64,000 bases of DNA. It comes from Vicugna vicugna (taxonomy: Eukaryota). Of the stretch, positions 1 through 13,373 are shown in pieces; position 1 is the stretch's first letter, and every line of letters begins with the position of its first letter. The stretch is from NCBI GenBank assembly GCA_013265495.1, contig MU058221.1, positions 4,032,001 through 4,096,000 of the forward strand, written 5' to 3'. A model generated the notes under the pieces. That model was given only the letters and a program-made list of their open reading frames with translations. It did no database searches and had not been told where the DNA came from. The translations under genes were made by a program, and so were the position numbers.

Positions 1-119
1 TTTAAAAATCTATCTGCCTGTTAATTGGTCTATACTGGGCTCCTTTGGCTGCATAATTACAAGTTCAATGATCTGCTTTGTCTTAATTTATTATTTTGTA
101 ATTAATTAATTTTTCTTTC

Positions 120-352
120 TTTTTTTTAATTGAAGTATAGTCAGTTTACAACGTTGTGTCAATTTCTGGTTCACAGGATAATGTTTCAGTCATATATATA
201 CATACATAGATGCATTTTCATATTCTTTTTCATTATAGGTTACTACAAGATATTGAATATAGTTCCCCGTGCTGCACAGTAGAAACTTGTTGTTTACCTT
301 TTTTATATACAGTGGTTAGTATCTGAAGATCTCGAGCTCCCAATTTATCAGT
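120..352 (-). mobile_element. L1 3' end (cetartiodactyl/camelid-type), 5'-truncated
   Basis: T-tract followed by TTGAAGTATAGTCAGTTTACAA...TTACTACAAGATATTGAATATAGTTCCC, the reverse complement of an L1 3' UTR plus poly(A). The same family recurs at 23695, 28010 and 43050. Confidence 0.85.
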
Positions 353-3300
353 TCCCACCCCTTCCTCCACTTAACTTATTCTTTAATTCAATTAATATGA
401 AATAAGCGTAATGACAATAGTTCACTGTAATAAGGACTAAGAGAAGAGATAAAAGAGACAGAGACCCTTTCTTCGTGGAGTTTGTATCCTCTGACATCTC
501 ACAGAGTTGAAGAATCTCTTTCATTCTCATGTCTACTCTCGGAATAAATCATATCGAATTAGGTCCCTATCCGTTCAGCACACTGATTGTGAGCAGTGGA
601 AAGAAATTCAGGACGCAGGTCATTGGCTAGTGCAGTACCATGCCAGGTTAAGTGATTAAGGAGCAGCCTTGAAATTTTCGGGCTGTGAGAGAAGAATGAG
701 CAAGAGAGATTTCAAGTAAAATAGGAAATATACCAGTGGAGTATTTGCAAGATTTGCACTGTCAAGGGCAAAGGATACGTTTTTCCAAATGGATCATGCT
801 AAGGGGACTTTATAAAATGAATGGATTCTCAGCTTTAGTGATGAGTTTAGGCCAAGACACTCTTGAGAGCCAAGCTGCACTGCAGTCAAGACCTCTAATA
901 GTCCTGGAATCACAAATAAGCCACCGACCTGTACGTCCTACCCAATTAGCTGAAATGTCGTCAAACAACTGAGCTGTGGAGCCACCTTTGTATCTGAAGG
1001 CAGATGTCATGTGTGACAATTTGAATGAGTAGGAGAATTTGCTACAGAGGATTAGGGAGTAAAGGTCTGCAGGTGTCAGGCAAGAAGCAGTGTGCTCTTA
1101 TACAAAGATGTGGGCACTGAAGAGACAGACCTTCAGAAGCCTGGAGTCTTCAGGACCCTTTCTTTCTTCACGCTTGACCAAATTCCTGAATTTCCAGCTC
1201 AAGTATTGCTTTTTCTTCTAAAACTTTAATCCATCTTAAACTGGATTAAACTGAAGTCTTTTGTCCATAATGCATCCTTTTGCCCTTGATTTTTCTACCT
1301 ATGTCTACGTCTGTCTCCTGAACAAGCCATTGAGCGTATATTTGGGGACAACTTACAACCTACTCCGTATTTAAGATGAAGCAGAGCTCCCAACAGATGA
1401 CACGTTAAGATTTAATGATTCGTAAGCTTGTGATCAGCTCTGTAATTAACTCTTAGAGAGAGTACTTCTCGTGCTGGGACCCGCTAAAGGAGTGGAAGGC
1501 GCGGCAGGAGGAGAACTGGAGCCAGCGGCCCGCCGAGCTCAAAGCCCAGCGGTCACGGGCTAGGACAGCTGTCACAGGACTGACAGGCTGCGACGCTGGC
1601 TTGGAATCAGCAGGAAAAAGATGTTAGTCAAGGAGAAATATGTTTTCCCAGTCCCTTCCTGAACACCTGCACGGACCTAATTTGATATGATTTATTCAAC
1701 AGAGTGGGCCGCCTCACAGGCCACAGCTATGGCCGGCGTCCAATATCCGTGACCCCATTAAACCCTCATCAAGTAGAAAGAAATGGGACGGAAGGGGGAC
1801 CGTGTCGTCTTTTTTTTTTTTTTTCTTTATTCCTTTCTGGGCTCCCAGGGTCCAAAGAAAGTGCATATTTGGAAACAACACAAGTAGAGGTCAAATTATG
1901 TGCACAAATTAAACACACAGCCCTGGGACACCCTATATAATTTTATGTCCAATTTCTGGCAACCCCGAAGCTCTGGAGGAGGGCCAACGACATGAAAGGG
2001 GAAGAGAGATAAACCTGACATTTGTGTGGTTTGCTGTAGCTTTTGTGGAAAACCATCACAGGCTTCATCTTCTTTGACCAGCACAATGATCTTATGAAGC
2101 TTTTAGATGGTCAACACGTGCTTTTTTCCAAAAGAAAGAAAGCTAAAGCAAATGCAAACATAGAGATATTAATAACACCTACCATTCAGCAGGTTCTACA
2201 GCCTCTCCATCAAACGTCACAAATGACGAGGCTATAATTCAAACTATCACCTTTGACTCCGGGCTTGGGGTATCTACTAAGGATTTAACCTCTTATAATG
2301 CCCAAGATTCTAAACTGTATGTTCCAAATGCATGCTTCTGGGAACACGAATGCCATGGGTACATGGAAGATGACAGCATGGAAATTGTTCAGTGGTTTAT
2401 TCAGTGTAGGGTTTATAGATATTTCATATCTTCTTCTCAAACCCTAACACATTAAAATAATCAAAAGACAAGATAAAGGGGGTTTGTATAAACAAGACAC
2501 TAGTAGCAAAAAAAATAGTTAAAATTGAGGAAGGTAAAATTAAGAAATTGCACACTTGTGTACTCATAAACACATACATGTAAATACTACGGAGACAAAA
2601 TCCTGTGACTTTTTAGGTGGTGAACAACCCATTTTATACAGTGTAACAATATATAACCATTGTCTAACTACACATTGAAATAACTTGTTCAAAATGATGA
2701 TCCCCCCCAAAGACCCTGATAAAAGTTGAAATCGAGTTTGGAGGATTCCAGCAAAACTATCAGGTAATTGTATTGCACAGTTGAGACTTTCATCTAAAAG
2801 AATTAGCAGCAAGAACAAAATAATTGTACTTTTGACGGACTGGGCTCCGGTTCTTTGGTAAAAGCACCAACATGGCGTGCAATTCATTTCCAACTAATGT
2901 TTGAAGAGCCAGCAGAATGAATTACAAACCAACATATGTCGAAACAATAGCTTACTCATTTTCTGTTAAAAAAAAATGAATCGTAAGAACGTAACAAAGA
3001 AGTCAACCCTGATGATGGACTAGAACGAGCAATTTATGAAGTTTCCATTGAAAACCGCACACGTTCGCAGCTCCGTAGGCTGTCCAGCTGGAAGAGGAAA
3101 CCACGCCCGTGCCGGGTTGTGGCAAACCAGCGACCCTCTCCGTTACGCCGTCTTCCAGGAGAAAAGGCACCCACTGTGTGTGTGACTGCTGTTGCATATC
3201 CGTCCTGAGCTGGTAGGCTCAAACTACGTGCCATTTGTTTATTCAAAGGCGTGTTTCAAGTGACCAGTGTATGCTGGGGGATGTGATAGGTGCAATGCAA

Positions 3301-3949
3301 TAAAAAATAAATAAGACTTGAACCCAGCTTTCTAGGTATGTCTTCCGCACATCATGCAAACGCATTCATTTAAATCGACTGCAACCACCCCCTGTAATTA
3401 GCAAGCTTGAAATATGCGCAAAGGGGGTGGCATTCTTTTCTATTATGAACCTTCTTAAATAACGTCAACATAATAACAATGAAAGTAAAATGCCTGTATC
3501 GAATAGTTAAAATTAAAATCATTTCATTGGATGAAAGGACAGGGACAGCCGGGCTTTCAGGGTAGCCAGAGAGGAAGGATGAGGCAGCTAGCAATGGCAC
3601 TGTTGGCATCCAAGGACACAGTCGGCAAGAAGAGAGGAGCAGAGGGACCCGGAGATGCATTCTGTTGGCGTCATTCTTTTAGGCAACTTGAGCTCCGGGA
3701 TAATGTACAACTGAGACTTAATTGCTTCGCACTTGATTAGAAAGGCCGAGAAAGTTTGAAAATGAGGGCACTGTCTTTCCACGTGCGTATCAACTTTAAA
3801 AGCTTCATGGAATATTGCAAGTAATATAGCTCAAGAGACAAAGCTGAAATCCAACCCTGGCTGCTCTCCTTTCTAAACTGGTAAATTGGGGCAAAATACT
3901 TATCTTTTTCTAATTTCAAAAATTAGCTACACCATGCTAATAACAGGGA

Positions 3950-4130
3950 GACCCACAACATGCCAGACACGGTGCAGAGTGCTTTATCCATATCAATTAA
4001 TTCTTTCTTGCAGAAACCTATAAAGTAGGGCTATTATTAACCCCACTTTACAGATACGGAAACTGAGTCATAATATTTTTAAGGAATTCATCTATGATCG
4101 CACGATTAGGAAGTATCAGAGACAAAATGC
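3950..4130 (-). mobile_element. MIR SINE fragment
   Basis: TATTATTAACCCCACTTTACAGATACGGAAACTGAG matches the MIR core in reverse orientation. Confidence 0.75.
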
Positions 4131-4189
4131 AGTAACAAGACCTCCGGCCCCTTTGAAGCCCTTATTTTAACCCCTTCAGTAGTTTCAAA

Positions 4190-5040
4190 AGGAACAATAA
4201 TGAGATACCACTGCACACATATTGGAGTGGCTAAAATCCAAAACATTAACAATGCCAAAGGCTGACAAGGATGCAGAGCAACGGGAACTCTCATTCGTTG
4301 CTAGGGCAAATGCAAAGTGGTACGGCCACTTGGGAAGACAGTTTGCTAGTTTCTTACAAAGCAAAACACAGGCTTGCCGTAGGATCCAGCAATCACATGT
4401 GTCACGTGAATTAAAAACTTAGGTTCATGCAAAACTCTACCCACGGATGTTTCTATTAGCTTTACTCATAATTGCTAATGATTGGAAGCAATTAAAATGT
4501 CCTTCAGTAAGTGGATGGATAAACAAATTGCAATACATTCATTTAATGAAATACTATTCGGTGCTAAAAGGAAAAGAGCTATTATGCCATAAAAAAAATG
4601 CGGAGGAAGTTAAACTGCTTATTGTGAAGTAGAAGGAGGCAATCTGAAAAGGCTACATACTGTGTGATTCCAACTAGGTGATAGATTGAAAAAGGCAAAA
4701 GTGTTGAGAAAATAGATTAGAGGGTGCCTGGAGCTTGAGGGGATGGGGAGAGAGATGCACTGGTGGAGCACGCAGCATTTTTACAGTCGGGGAATTATTT
4801 TGTATGATACTGTTACGCATTTGTCAAAACCCATGGAATGGATAACATAAAATGTTAGCCCTAATGTAAACTATGGACTAGTTAATAAAAATGTATTCAT
4901 CAAGTTGTAACAAATCTACCACACTAATGTGAGATGTTAACAATAGGAGGAAATTTGGGGGAAGAATCGAGAGAAGGTCTAAGGGGCTTCCTGCACGTAC
5001 GTGCCATTGTTCTATAAACGTAAAACTGCTGAGAGAGAAA
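4190..5040 (+). mobile_element. Old L1 (L1MC-like) ORF2 end and 3' UTR
   Basis: ATGAGATACCAC..., CCACTTGGGAAGACAGTTTG, AAATGTCCTTCAGTAAGTGGATGGATAAAC and CCTAATGTAAACTATGGAC are typical L1M 3' motifs. Confidence 0.85.
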
Positions 5041-6111
5041 ATTCACTTTATTTTAATTAATTGATTCATTTTAATTGTGAAAATGTCTACATTGTAGTGT
5101 TTTGAGTAGTAAGTGAAATAAAATTGTGTAAAATACTAAATCTGATGCCTTGTGACAACTTCGGTGAAGGAAGCTTACAGAGATTGCTGGAAGTTTTTAT
5201 AATTACCATAAAAGATACTCCCAGACTTTGAAAATCTTTCCAAAATGCACAGATACCCAGTGTCTGCAACTCACTGGAGCTGTGTTTCTTCTACCCCTAA
5301 AACAAAATTGAAGGCAATCCCCTCAAGGCATTCTGATCATTAGATGCAAAGTACACTTCAAATATTGGGAGCTGAAAGCTGAGGCTTTTTCTCTTCCGGT
5401 CAAATTTATCCTTGTGACATGTTCTCGCTAATTGTTTCCTTGACAGCCCAGCTGTGTTTACTCTGGCTCTCTGGATGGTGATCTTTTCTTGAGCTAACAG
5501 TGCTTCATGCGAAAATTTAAAAAAAAAAGTTTACTTTGCACTTAACAAGATCTTCTTCCCAACAATAGAGTAATCCTTGAGAGAAGAGCATTCAGGGGAG
5601 TCAGCAGATGAATTTCCCTCTTTTCAAATATGATTGAACATAAATGAATACAAACATTATGTGTCAATCATATCATTACAGTGTTGCGATGGTCACTGAA
5701 ATGATTGCCCTTCAAAGCTTTGTAACATTGGCAAGGTGTGAACAAAGGACAAGGAAATTAGGCTCTTCTGTAAACAAACATGTAACTCAGCATTACATAT
5801 AGTATGTGCTCAGCAAAGCCACTCACCAGCATGGAACTATAATTTCTCCCTGAAAATTTTCAGATATTCATTTCATGTTTAGAGGCCATTAGACTTCAAA
5901 AAATAAAAATGTATCATTCTCCAAATATTGAAATCTAAAGAGTCCAGTGGGAAGACAACAATTGGAAGCTTTAAAATTGTACTTCTTTTTGTCTCCTGTG
6001 AAGAGCTTGCCGTTTAATGAATTTCTTTTGATCATCACCAGATTTTGCGTGCAACGTACCAGAATAGTTTAACGTTCTAGGGGAAATGAGCTAGGCTCTG
6101 GGCCCTAGAAC

Positions 6112-6738
6112 TGATGCAGGAAAAACGGGTGTTGGGGTGCGAGGAGGGCCGTGTCCCGGGCTTCGGTGGAGCCCCTGGGACGTGCCCCGCCAAGTGTGGG
6201 TCCTTGGCTTCGCGCAGGAAAGAATTCAAGAGCGAGCCCCAGTTGAGTGAAGGTAGATTTATTCAAAGAGATACATTGAAAGGCAAGAGAAAGGCCATTA
6301 AGTTTGGGGGTTGGGTGCTCAGAGTAAAAGCAGGTACACACTCCATAGACAGAGTGCGGGCTGCCTCCGAAGAGGGAGAGAGAGGGCAGTGGTGGCCGCA
6401 AGGCACTGTGTTGCCAGTTTTGGCTTGGTGGCTTCATATGCTAATAAGTGGAAGGACCAGTCTAACCAGCCTGGGGAAGGGGCTGGGATTCCCAGGAAGT
6501 TGGCCATTTCCCACTCTTTGGCCTTTGGTGGCCTTGGGGCTGCCCTGGTGCCTGTGGGCGTGTTATTCACCATGCTAATACATTACAATAAGCATATAAT
6601 GAAGCTCAAGACCTACTAGAAGTTAAATCTCCCATCATCTTGAGCCTCAAGGCCTCCTGGGGACTGAATCTTCCACCGTTTTGATGCTAACTGCTGCAGC
6701 ATCCTTGAGTGGCGGTACCCTGCCCCCTTCCTGTCTCA
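6112..6738 (-). mobile_element. ERV1-type solo LTR
   Basis: TG...CA termini (TGATGCAGG...CTGTCTCA) with a 4-bp TSD-like GAAC/GAGC. TTTATT at about 6258 is AATAAA on the minus strand. Related to the LTR at 13925. Confidence 0.75.
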
Positions 6739-7358
6739 GAGCCAGTTCTGTCACTCAGCAGGGAGCTTGGTATCTGAAGATGAGCGCAGTTCTTTGCAGG
6801 GGTCCTGTCTGGATGCTGAAACTAAAACAAAAATGCTCACTTGTTAAATTCACAATATCCTCGAAGCAGACACAGTTCAGATCCTCAGGGGGAATAAGAA
6901 ATAGGACAATTCCTAATTCTCAGCGCAAAGAGAAAATTTCCACAAAGATTCTAGTAAGAATATAGATGATTTAATTGAGTGAAAACCATCATCAGTAAAA
7001 CTGGGAAACAACAAATTCAGAGCGCTGCTTCTCCACGGCGCCCTGCCAGGGGACACTCAGTTTAGACAGTTATACGTGGAGCCAGGACTGTGTGGTCCTG
7101 GTGCAGTTTTCTTATGACCTAGCTCAACCCATACTTTATAATGAAGAGTGTCCCAAATAGCAGTGCCCTGATTTTCTTTCTTTATTGTTTTTGGGTTTGG
7201 GGGGAATGTGGGGTGGGGAGTAGAGAGGAGACAGAAGTCGTGGGGGTCCTAGGACGTTTTAGAGTTTAATGAAAACTTTGGATCCTCTCCTCTCTCTGTC
7301 TCTCTAAATATAGATAAAAATATAACAGAGAGAGAGAGAGAGAACCAAAATACTGCAA

Positions 7359-7816
7359 TGTGAATGAAAATACTGCAATGATATCAGTAAACAGAGAATG
7401 CTGAAACCAAGCCATCCGCGGCTGCCCCACCCCCCAGGGAAGACCAGCCCGCAGCCCGGCCTCTGCAGCCACTCAGCACGGTGCCCCCGGAGGGGACTCG
7501 GAACAAGAAAGGACAGGACAATGGCCCTAGACAGCTCAGTGCTGGTCAAAGGAATGGATTCAGTGAGCCCAAATGCTTGCTCCCTCCCGTACATAGAAAA
7601 GCGCTAAATTCTTTAACTTGAGACGCCTGGTTTTCTTTAGATAACAAGTCATCTTTTATTGTTCCAACTACCCGGTCTTTGCTGAAAAGCTCCTGTGTAT
7701 CCCAGCTCCTCCCCTGCCTCTTCAGAGCAGTCCCTCAGGGCCACCTGAGAGGCCGTCATCCCGGCTCGAGTCCTCCCGCCAAATAAAAGATAACTCTTCA
7801 CCTTTAGGCTGCGCAT
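7359..7816 (+). mobile_element. ERV LTR-like element
   Basis: Starts TGTGAATGAAAATACTGC, has a GC-rich body and AATAAA at about 7782. The 3' boundary is uncertain. Confidence 0.55.
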
Positions 7817-8825
7817 GCTAAGTCCTGGAATTTATCCATGGAGCCTCAAGGAAGCCATGAACCCAAATGGATGAATGTCTAGCAAATTCTTCAGGTCTCT
7901 GTGTATGCAGACTACCACCTTTTAGTTTGGGCTGTGGTAGTCATGGTTTTCAGTGAGTGCTAGATTGCCATCTGTCACAAATGTGGAGTCTGTCACGAAT
8001 ACTTCGCTCTTCTTCTGCTTTGGGGGGAGGGTGGGAACCCCAGATGCTGCAGGTTACGCTAGTCATACAACGGATCCAACAGATAATCGTGCTGAAGCAT
8101 TTGATGTGTATGCTTTGCATGTGTTCTTACAAAATATGTATGGTTTTGGTTGTATGTTTATATTTATGCATGTGATAATTTATGATCATAAGCTTTCACA
8201 TAGTAATATGTTTTTAATCATCTCTGTTTTGTTGTTTATCTCTAGAAGACCATTGCTCTTAATTTCTTCACATGTCTCTCATGTTAAGCTTTTTTACATA
8301 TTCCATTTTTTATCTGCGTCCTCCCACACTGATGGGCGCTCATCTGGACTGCTTCTACATCCCAGACCCAAACAGCACTGCAAGGAGCACCCGTGGATGT
8401 GCTCTTTATGGATTAAAGAAAATATCTGTTTGGCTTACATCTTCAAAACAGAAATTCTATTATCATAGAACATACTCATATCAGATTTGTTCGGGAACCA
8501 ACAAATTCGTCTCAGTATAAACATACTGGTGGCACTCCCATCAGCAGAGTAGGAAAATTCCAAGACGCCAAGTATTTATTTTCTAGGGTAAACATGAAGC
8601 ACCAGTTATATGGTTTTGTGCAGAAGTACAGCCGTTGATACATGGCTAACGTCTCAATTTCTAATTTTCACAAGTTCCAAGTTTTAGTTTAATATTTCTA
8701 CATCACTAGTGTATGGTCCATCGTCTATTTATTATGTGAATAGATGATCAAAACCAGATCTTCTCAGTGTGTAAGTTGGCATTGTACTGTGTCACTCACC
8801 TGAGGGTTGTAAATTGAATAAGCAA

Positions 8826-9627
8826 TGTGGTGGGCAGGATGATGCCCGCAGTCCTAGGAGCCTATACATATGTGGCGTTAGGTAACAAAGCAGAATGAAG
8901 GTGGCCGGTGGAATCAGAGCTGCTAGTTAGCTGATTACAAATTGTGGATTGTACTGTAGATTATCTGGGTGGGTCCAGTGTCATCACAATGGTCCTCAGC
9001 CATGGAAGAGGAAGGCAGAGGAATCGGCGTCAAAGACGATGTAATGACAGGGCTAGTGTCAGAGGAATACAGTGGAGGAACAATTTAACTGGCCGTGGCA
9101 GGCTTTGAAAAGTAAGACAGAGAGCCATGAGCCAGCGGAGAAAGTCAGCCTCCTGAAGCCTTAAAAGGCAAGAAAACTATTCTCCTCGTTGTAGGATGCA
9201 TACTGGCTTTCTCAGATATTCCCGGCTTAATCTATGGAGCCTGTGAGTATGTTACCTTCCACAGTAAAAGCGATGTTTGCAATGAGAGAATCCTAGATTA
9301 CCTGGGTGAGCCCCATGCAACCACACTAGTCCTTATAAGAGAGAGGTTGAAGGATGAGGGTGTACTCGGTGATGTGACAATGTAATCACTCTACTGAGTA
9401 ATACGAGGAAGGAGCCCTGAAGGAAAAAATACAGGTCGACTCTAGAAGGTGAAAAAGGCAAGGAAATAGATTCTCCCTCAGAGCCTCCCACATTATCCGA
9501 CCTGCTGCCGCTTTGACCTTAGCCAAGAGTCTAATTTTGGATTTCCTGACCTCCAGAAGTGTAAGATACTAAATTCGTATCATTTTACGTAAATCAGTTT
9601 GTGATTACTTGCAACAGTAACTAATAG
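8826..9627 (+). mobile_element. Two adjacent MLT1 (MaLR) LTR segments
   Basis: GATTATCTGGGTGGGTCCAGTGTCATCACA, GTCCTTATAAGAGAGAGG, AAAAGGCAAGGAAATAGATTCTCCCTCAGAGCCTCC and CTGACCTCCAGAAGTGTAAGA are MLT1 hallmarks. The first segment ends near 9189 and a second begins near 9190. Confidence 0.8.
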
Positions 9628-9900
9628 GGATTGTGGGACTTGGAAATAGAATGGTGCTGTGCCAAATACCTAAAACTGTGGAAGTGGCTATGGAACTGGG
9701 TAATGGGTGGTGTCTGGTAGAAAAGGGAGGAACATAGTAGAGAAAAAATTACTATCTTTGAGAATATCTCCATCATCGTAAACAGACTGTGGGTAGAAAT
9801 ATAAATGATGAATGTGCTGCTGGTAAGGATTCAGAAGGAAAGGACTCACGTGCTATTGGAGACTTGAGGAAAAGTGATTCTTGTTATATAAATAGTGACA
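9628..9900 (+). mobile_element. MLT1 internal sequence, 5' part
   Basis: AAATACCTAAAACTGTGGAAGTGGCTATGGAACTGGGTAATGGG directly follows the LTR, as in MLT1-int. Confidence 0.7.
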
Positions 9901-10809
9901 GGTTTTGTGGTTGTTTCTTTGGTGTGGCAAGGACTCTTGGATTTCTCAGAAACTTGAATGATCAGTTTAAAATGGGTGACGATTTTGGCATATCTTTATT
10001 TTTCAGTTGCACTACAGAGTAGAATCAAATCCAAGTTCGGCTATTATAAAGCTTGTCTGAGTTGATACATGTTTCCAAATTTGCTGTAAAAGTAAGCGAA
10101 AGCTGGCAGAGATACCTTAGCATCTGGGAAATGCTACAGGTTTTGATAATCTGATCAAAGCAATAGATGGTAAATTTCTGAAGAAATGCAAACATGATCT
10201 TGTACTCTTAAGAGTCCAGCATCTGAAATAGTTCCTGGCGTCTGGTGGTCAAAAAATATTTATCGAATAAATGTGTGATTAAGTTACCTGCTCTTCCCAG
10301 AAACAGCATGTTGTTTCTCATCTTCAAGTGCTTTCTCATCCTGCGTCCTCTGTCAGAGATGGTCTCCGTTTCCTGTGCAGCTCCTGAGCCTCCAACCTCC
10401 ACTGGATTATTTCTTTGTGACATGTCAGATGTCCCTTTCCCTGCAGTATTTTTTCCTGTTGCACTTTATGTAACCATACTATTTGGTGTGCATTTTATAA
10501 TAGTAACAGTAGCTTTGATTAATATTATCCATTTCTATGTTTGTCTCCTGCAGCACACGGTGATTTTCTCTTGGAGAGCAAGCTGCCACATTTAGTTCAA
10601 TAACCCCAGCGTGTCTGCACAATGGAAAGAACTCAGAGCTCATGAATATGCATGTAAGAAATGAACAAATTACTATGGAAATGAAAGTGTGGATGGATAA
10701 AGACGTAAATACTTGTATATATGAGGGAAGATAGTTTCTAGCTCCTTCTCCTATTTGTTTTCTGTTTATTGTCATAACTACTTAAATGGTTCCGAGGACT
10801 ATTCCCGTG

Positions 10810-10947
10810 TTTTAAATTGAGATATGATTGACGTACAACATGGTGTGAGTTTCAGGTACGCGGTGTGTTGCATTAATACAGTTGCGTACTGCGATATGAT
10901 TCCCACCGTAACATTGGCTAACTCTCCATCACGTCACATAGTTATCA
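10810..10947 (-). mobile_element. L1 3' end fragment
   Basis: TTTTAAATTGAGATATGATTGACGTACAACATGGTGTGAGTTTCAGGTAC resembles a reverse L1MA-type tail. Confidence 0.65.
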
Positions 10948-11263
10948 CAGAACTATCATTTCCCAAATCTAGTTTCTTAATGACTTTCAGGTTTATAATA
11001 CAGTATTTTCCTCAGGAGTGAATACAGTTTTTTTTCCCCTTACAGTTGCTATCATTTTTAAACACTCAGAAAATTTTAAAAAGATATGTGCACTTGTCTA
11101 AAATCATGGGATTCTTTGGGTGTGTCGTTGGTGATGAGTTGCCCCTGGGACTGATAGGAGTTGATTCTGGAGTCAGATCTTGGACCCAAAATTCATCTTA
11201 TGCAAGTATGCATTGTTTAGTGCTTCAAAGGTGATACTCCCCAAGCTATCCATAAAACAGCCC

Positions 11264-11634
11264 TGTCTTAGTCGATTTTGGATGTTCAAACAGAACAGCA
11301 TGAACTGAATGGCTTATGAACAACAGAAATGCATTTTTAATCTTCTGGAGACAAGGAAGTCCAAGATCAAGCCACCAGCAGATCCAGAGTCTCGTGGGGA
11401 CCCACTTCTTCATCTATAGTTGCTGGGCCAACCTCTCACTGTTACGTTCTCACAGCAGAAGGTAAGAAAGCTTCCTGGGGTCTGTCATAGGGGCGTCACT
11501 CTCATTCATGTGGGCTCCTGCCTTATAACATAGTCACCTCCCGAAGGTCTCACCTCCAGACTTCATCACACGGAAGATTAGGTTCTAACGGAAATTTTGT
11601 AGGGAGGGGATACACAAAAATTCAGTCTGTGTCA
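11264..11634 (-). mobile_element. MLT1A/B-like MaLR LTR
   Basis: TGTCTTAGTC...GGCTTATGAACAACAGAAATGCATT...AAGTCCAAGATCAAG...TCACCTCCCGAAGG...ATTCAGTC. Confidence 0.75.
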
Positions 11635-13089
11635 AGCCCCTTGTTTTGTTTTTGTTCTCTGAACTCTACATTTGATAGAATCCTATGACTTAGAAGTAAA
11701 AATACATGCAATAAGTGGGAAAGCTCAGCATAATCAGTGATGATTGGAGAGAAAAGAGTTCCTAAAATTTAAAGGGTAACAGAAAGCAGAACCATGAACC
11801 TTGGGACCGCTAATGCAGGCAAACAATCTTGTTTCAATCAGTCCTGAATCATAGTGTGGCAGCTTAGAAATTTATAATAACTGTTATAAAGGAGACAACA
11901 ATGCACAATTAAACTGTTTACAAAAATATTAAGGAACAATCTTACCAATGAAAGTGAAAAACTTAAGCAGGGTATCATTTTAATGTTATAAAAGATACTG
12001 CTCAATATAGTCCCACTAAACATTATTTAACTGAGTAAATATCAAATAATTAGAATTATACGTTAACTTGTAGATTTTTGCTTGTTAGAGATGCAAGTTA
12101 TTTCCACCCTGTAAAAAATAATGACCCTGAATACCATGACTTTGTTCCCTCTACGACATTGACAAGTCTTGAATGTAACTTAGCAGTCATTCTAACATTA
12201 TTTAGACATTTGCCAACATTTCGAATGCTCTTTGAGCCGCCAGCCTTTCCATCTTATTGGTCCCCTCAAATAATGAGTATGGGAAAATATTTATCATGTA
12301 TTTTATGTATTTGTATGTGTCATTTTTTTAATTAAAAAAAAATCATACTTCAACGAAGTTAGTATAGTGTGTCCTACATCAAAACATGGTTTTATGGAAA
12401 CAATTGAGTGGTTGAAGTGAATTTATCATGGCTCCAAAACCTTGCCAAGATATTTCACTTCTGTGGTTCTAGTCTTTCCTATCATGTGACAAAGAGGCTG
12501 GATTAGATAGTGAGGGTCTTCTATGATTTTAGCATGCCAAGAGCCAGTTGGTTTTTATTTGGAGAACATCCTGCCTTATAAAAGAAAACCCAAGATAAAG
12601 AAAAATCTCTCAATTCAGATCAGTGAGAGTCTGAGGAAACAGCATTCAGTCTCCTGCCTCATCCTTCAACCCTCAGGGTCAATTAACTATAAATATATGT
12701 GGTCTGTCTCATTGATGCCTGCTAGGGACACATGCTACTACGCTTTCTACATTAAACCCTGCCGCTTTCACTCTGCCACCTCTGGTCAACCCTTTCCTCT
12801 GATTAAATATCCCACAGAGGTTTTCCCTGTCTTCCATCCTTTAAACGTCATCTCTGCGCCCTTACTGGAAAAAATAAAATAATGCTTTCTGCTCCGTGAT
12901 ACTGTTTCTGCAAATTTAATAGGGAGAGACTTGCTTTGTAAATGGAAAGTTAATATTTGATGTCCATCAGATGGACATCCAAGGTTCTGAAAGATTCCTC
13001 TGTTCCTAATCAAGCCGCATCTTCTCTGGAGGCGCCTTTGCCTTCTGTACGGCATTTGGTGCGCACCTCAGATTAGGGTCTTGGCACCA

Positions 13090-13373
13090 GAGCTAACAGC
13101 CTGTACCCTAGACGTTATCCTAGTGTAGGAACAATGTCTGGTGCAGAACCAGAGAACACCAAGCTCTCAAAAACCAGTCACACAAAAGGCTAAGGACTTC
13201 CAGTCCGGGCATCCTTTCCCCTCTTTTTACTGTGATGTTTTCCCACTCCTCTGCCCTCCCCCGAGTCTCTGCCAAATGCAAGTGATGCTGGCTAACTCCT
13301 TTGCTGTAGCAAGCTCTAAATAAATTGTTTGTTTGTTTTCATTGGCGTAGGCTTTATTTCAACATAACTCAAG
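13090..13373 (+). mobile_element. ERV1 LTR 3' portion (MER34-like)
   Basis: GAGTCTCTGCCAAATGCAAGTGATGCTGGCTAACTCCTTTGCTGTAGCAAGCTCTAAATAAA...CA. Family name from memory; 5' boundary uncertain. Confidence 0.45.

Noticed and set aside
6105..6619. Overlapping 84-154 aa ORFs
   Set aside because: All lie within a GC-rich solo LTR and resemble no protein I recognise.
7953..8468. 171-aa ORF
   Set aside because: Non-ATG start, low-complexity hydrophobic composition from T-rich DNA, and no recognisable domain.
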